Shown one piece after another: positions 52,379-64,000 of a stretch of 64,000 nt of DNA; the first letter of the stretch is position 1; each line of letters begins with the position of its first letter. The stretch lies in assembly GCF_963853765.1 (NCBI RefSeq), contig NC_088858.1, forward strand, positions 2,976,001 to 3,040,000. The letters are read 5' to 3'. The translations under genes and the position numbers were made by a program. The DNA is from Magallana gigas. Taxonomy: Eukaryota. The notes below the pieces were generated by a model. The model did not search any database. It was not told the origin of the DNA and saw only the letters and a program-made list of their open reading frames with translations.

Positions 52379-53964
52379 ACGATAACTGGTTCTGTTCTTG
52401 TTATCATATTAAAGCTCAGCTTCCATCCTACCTCTCTGTCTTGTTTTTTTTTCATTAACATTTACGGAATCACTGGGAACTTTATCATTTTTAAGGTCGT
52501 ATACAATCTCTCTATACAACCTACATACCCGTATTCTGCACACTCATCCTAGGGTATAACTGTGTAGTTAGAGATATCTTTATGTTGAATGGAATAGACT
52601 GCAAGATTTTATGGAAGACATATATGTAATTAATATAAGGATATTGAAGATATTGTATGTGACCCAATATATATAATGTAAAGGGTAAAAGACAACTTTA
52701 TCTGCATGCATTTTCTTCACTATAGTTAGCGAAAGTGATTTTTAGTGTAGTCAAGATGGCGGAGGGGAGTGTGGTAGATGCCTCAAAGTTGAAAAAATTG
52801 AATACCATAGTAATCTTTTTTATCTAGTGGCTTTTACACAAATTCTTTTAGCATTATTAAATATACTTATTGATAATCATTGCACTAACACATACAATGC
52901 TGTAGAAATAGAATATCAAACCCAAAACAAAACAAAAGTCGCAAGTTAAAAAACAGATATTTATTTTGACACAGCTAGAATAAGCACAGATCTTTATACA
53001 TCATTTGTATATTGAGAATTGAAAACACAACAAATATCAGAGCTAATGTCACACAAAAGTGGGCAGGGCTTAGCTGCAGGCGGTAAAGTTGGATAGACAC
53101 TGAAAAAGATTTGTGTAATCTAAGGAAAATCTCGTGCAATACCCTCACCAGTGACAAATAACTTAAAAATAAATTAACAAAAAATGGATTCAGATCATGC
53201 AGTAGCTTCAAAGGATTCAACAGAGGATCAAATATCAAATCTATGTCGTACATAAATTTTATTATAAGAGCATATTAACAATAAAAGAATTGTTTTTGTT
53301 GATTGAAATCAACTTCTGTTCATTTTGCAGTAAAAATCAATCTGTAATAGTGTGTGTGTGTGTAAAACTACTTAAAATTAAAGGTAAAATCTACATGGAC
53401 GGAAACAAAAAATAAAATGTTTATAAAATAAATGAAATTATAAATAAAATCAGGTATAAAACCGTCATTGGTGAATGATAAGTATCAACTAGATCTCTCC
53501 AGAACCTGATGCCCACTATGACTGGTCTAAACAGAGAGGAGACGGAAATATGGTCTGTTTGAAGCACGCGGTCAGTACAGAGCGTGCTTTCATTAACCTG
53601 CTTTATTTCTGATCAGGGAAAATCGAAAAATTATACAAATACTGAGTATACATAAACGTTGATTGCTTTCTTTCCTAATATCTCTTTATATGAATTATTT
53701 CTTAACTAACAAAGATGCATTTACGTGCGCAGTATATGATTGACACAAAAATCAGATTCTGTGGACGTTTACCCTGACATAGAGTCAACAAATATTTCTC
53801 TATGCAAGATGATTGTTACATAATTTGTGACGCGTAATCTCAGAACAATACAAAAAATAGTCTACTTTGGTCACAGACTGAAAATACTTGGTATAAAAAT
53901 AAGAACATGTACCTGTAGATATGTACAACACTAAAAATATATCACATGAATTATCTCCCTTTAA

Positions 53965-54477
53965 AGGGACTTGAACACGATTTGACTTAAAATTTTCAAA
54001 TTTTATTTTTCCATTTTCAATGTTTATACTGATAAATATAAAAGTTTATAATGCTATGTCAAAATTTGAAAGTTAAACATCAAGTTGTAAGTGAGATACA
54101 GAATTCATAATTCTTTGTTTTGTAAACAAAGCTCGAATATTGTCATTTTTTACATACGTGTTGTATTGGTGTAAGTTTCAATCAAATGTACCTTTCTTTT
54201 GTTGATATTAGTATTTACAAAGATTTTGAGTTAGCTTAAATTGTTTTTTTACATGTCATTTTGTCTACGAAATGGTAATTCTCTTCATTACATTTTTGTA
54301 AACAACTATAAGACTCGAGCTTTGTTTACATAACAACCAATTCTTACCTCTGTATCTCACTTGTAAATTGACTTTCACATTCAATATTTTGGTCAATCAT
54401 TTAAAATGCACCAGTTAACTATTTTATAAATAAAAATAAAAATAAAATTTTTGATCTCAAATCGTGTCCAAGTCCCT
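53965..54477. mobile_element. Non-autonomous TTAA-type DNA transposon (Kolobok-like MITE, second subfamily)
   Basis: TIRs AGGGACTTGAACACGATTTGA and TCAAATCGTGTCCAAGTCCCT. Left flank TTAA, right flank GTAA (mutated). Internal motifs shared with 538-1030 (GTAAACAAAGC; GAGC(C/T)TTGTTTACAT). Confidence 0.75.
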
Positions 54478-55421
54478 GTAATAATGCAACAAAATTAAAA
54501 AAATAAATTTATTTTGCACAGACATTTTGAATTTATTTCCTGCTGTAACCAATCTCCATTTATTTAAAGAGCTTAACGAATAAATGCCAGAACCAACATC
54601 ATGGACAAAGGTTAGCCTTTTTTTTACTCTTTTACTAAAAATATTGTGAATTCTACACACATGTATATCCAACAATGCAGAATGAACAAAATTAACATCA
54701 AGAAGTAAACCATTCTTAACCCGTAAAATACTTTGTTGTGTACTCAACACAAACAGAGACTGCATCAATTAATTCTTCATAATAAAAATATTATTACGGT
54801 ACAATAAATATTACCAGCATTTCTACAGTTACCGATGTTGCTTTGAGTACAGCATTTGTCACAAAACTCTTTAAGAGAAATTTTCTCAAAAAAAAAACGA
54901 TAAATAAAAACAAGGATTACACAGAGAGCACCCAAGATTAAGAATTGAACACCAAATACATGTATTAAGAACTGTAGATAATCACATATTGTTCTCAAAC
55001 TGTAACACCACAATATCTGCTAGCACTTGAAACCCTGACATTCTCTGTATTGCAAAGAGAGGGACAATACTTTCAGTCAAGAAAATCTCATAAGCTTCTG
55101 CAATGTGGTAACCATAGAAACAGAGCTAAGATGGGTGAGGGAAAATTACTGAGTAACAGTCATAAGGATTGTTCATAAAGAAGGCCTGGATAGATTAAAA
55201 TAGGGTGGGTCAATAATAATGGCACAAGGGGAATAATAAGGGGGCGGGTTTAATAATAGTGGGTCTGATACAAGAGCTTAGCAGATGAAAGGGGCAAGAC
55301 GTGCACCATGTCCTAACAGTTACCATCTAAAAGCATCATTCAGCTTATCAAAAATGCCATTTGGTGGGTAAGTTTATGTTACACACTAGGTGGGTACAGA
55401 TAAAATAAGTTACACACAAGG

Positions 55422-63037
<7,616 letters not shown>

Positions 63038-63789
63038 ACTGCTGTTTTCTTAGATCAGGTCACGCTGGATTCTATGAGTGTTGTCAACTCCATTGTTACA
63101 TCTGAAAAAAAATAGAAAATCAAATAACAGAAGGCAGATCCGTTAACATAATATATTTTTTAATAGATAGATCAAAAAACATTTGTTTTCATTGGAAACG
63201 AACACTTTAAAGAATGTTATCGACTTCCAGATCTTTATAGAAATATATTAAGGGGCAATTACCTTTATAAACAAGTAAAGTTACAAGATGTTCTTAAATT
63301 TAACATCCTGTCACTGTTAACAATAACATCATATCACATATTCGCTCTTTGAATGAAAATGTTGATAATTTCAACATTCCGATAAAATGAAAACTAAAAG
63401 AGGAAATCGAAAGGTCTGGTATTTATGTTTCCGGTATATGTGAACGGGTCATAAATATATATGTTTTTTGTTATTGGTATTTAAAAAAAAATATGATACT
63501 CAAGACTAAAATACACTTATAATTAACCTTGCTAAAAATACTACATTTGAGATCATCCAATCTTAGAAATAACATCTTGACAAAGGAAATGCAATTTAAT
63601 TCTCCGTAGTTTCGAACAACAAAAGAAACACATTTTGGGGATTGAATTATACGTTTTGTTGTGAAATCATTATTTCAGAAAATAAATTTAATATAAATAT
63701 TAATTATGACTCTTTAAAATAAAGAAATCGCAATTCAATTCATGATTAATTAAGTGCGAAACTGATTAATGATTTGAGAATATGTAAAG

Positions 63790-63938
63790 ATGGCAGCTCC
63801 CTACTCTCAGTTCTCCCCGAGTCCCACTCCAGTAAATGTTTGCGTGGAAGCTGTACTTGAAAGTCAGATTCAAGAAGTCAGAGTAGTAGAAAAACCAGAT
63901 GCACCAGACGGACATGAGATTCAAGAAGTTTACGTTCC
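63790..63938 (+). CDS. Probable first coding exon of an unidentified gene that continues beyond the window
   Basis: aagATGGCAGCT start context, 49 open codons (MAAPYSQFSPSPTPVNVCVEAVLESQIQEVRVVEKPDAPDGHEIQEVYVP), raised GC, candidate donor CC|GTACGT. Divergent from PCNX4. No homology recognised. Confidence 0.5.
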
Positions 63939-64000
63939 GTACGTAGATTTTACTGTATCTTAAAATACATTTTGCTCATATAACGTTAAATATTTTAGAA

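Overview
AT-rich eukaryotic (animal) genomic DNA with GT-AG spliced genes. The repeat content (Helentron-associated GTGACCTTGACC satellite, TTAA-specific MITEs, tRNA-derived SINEs) suggests a bivalve mollusc, probably an oyster; this is inference. I rebuilt six multi-exon genes by hand with splice phases checked: two head-to-head retinol dehydrogenase-like SDRs (1334-5032 minus; about 8621-12498 plus), lamin B receptor/sterol delta14-reductase (14808-20318 minus), ZFYVE19/ANCHR (25174-34935 minus, one unresolved phase conflict), GALNT2 (35343-49593 plus) and pecanex-like 4 (55422-63037 minus). There is also a probable first exon of an unidentified gene at 63790. The most striking unexplained pattern is that minisatellites in four unrelated genes each consist of the last bases of a coding exon plus its 5' splice site, amplified 5 to about 33 times into the intron. 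Smaller donor and acceptor duplications occur elsewhere. There are no CRISPR arrays, rRNA genes or convincing tRNA genes.
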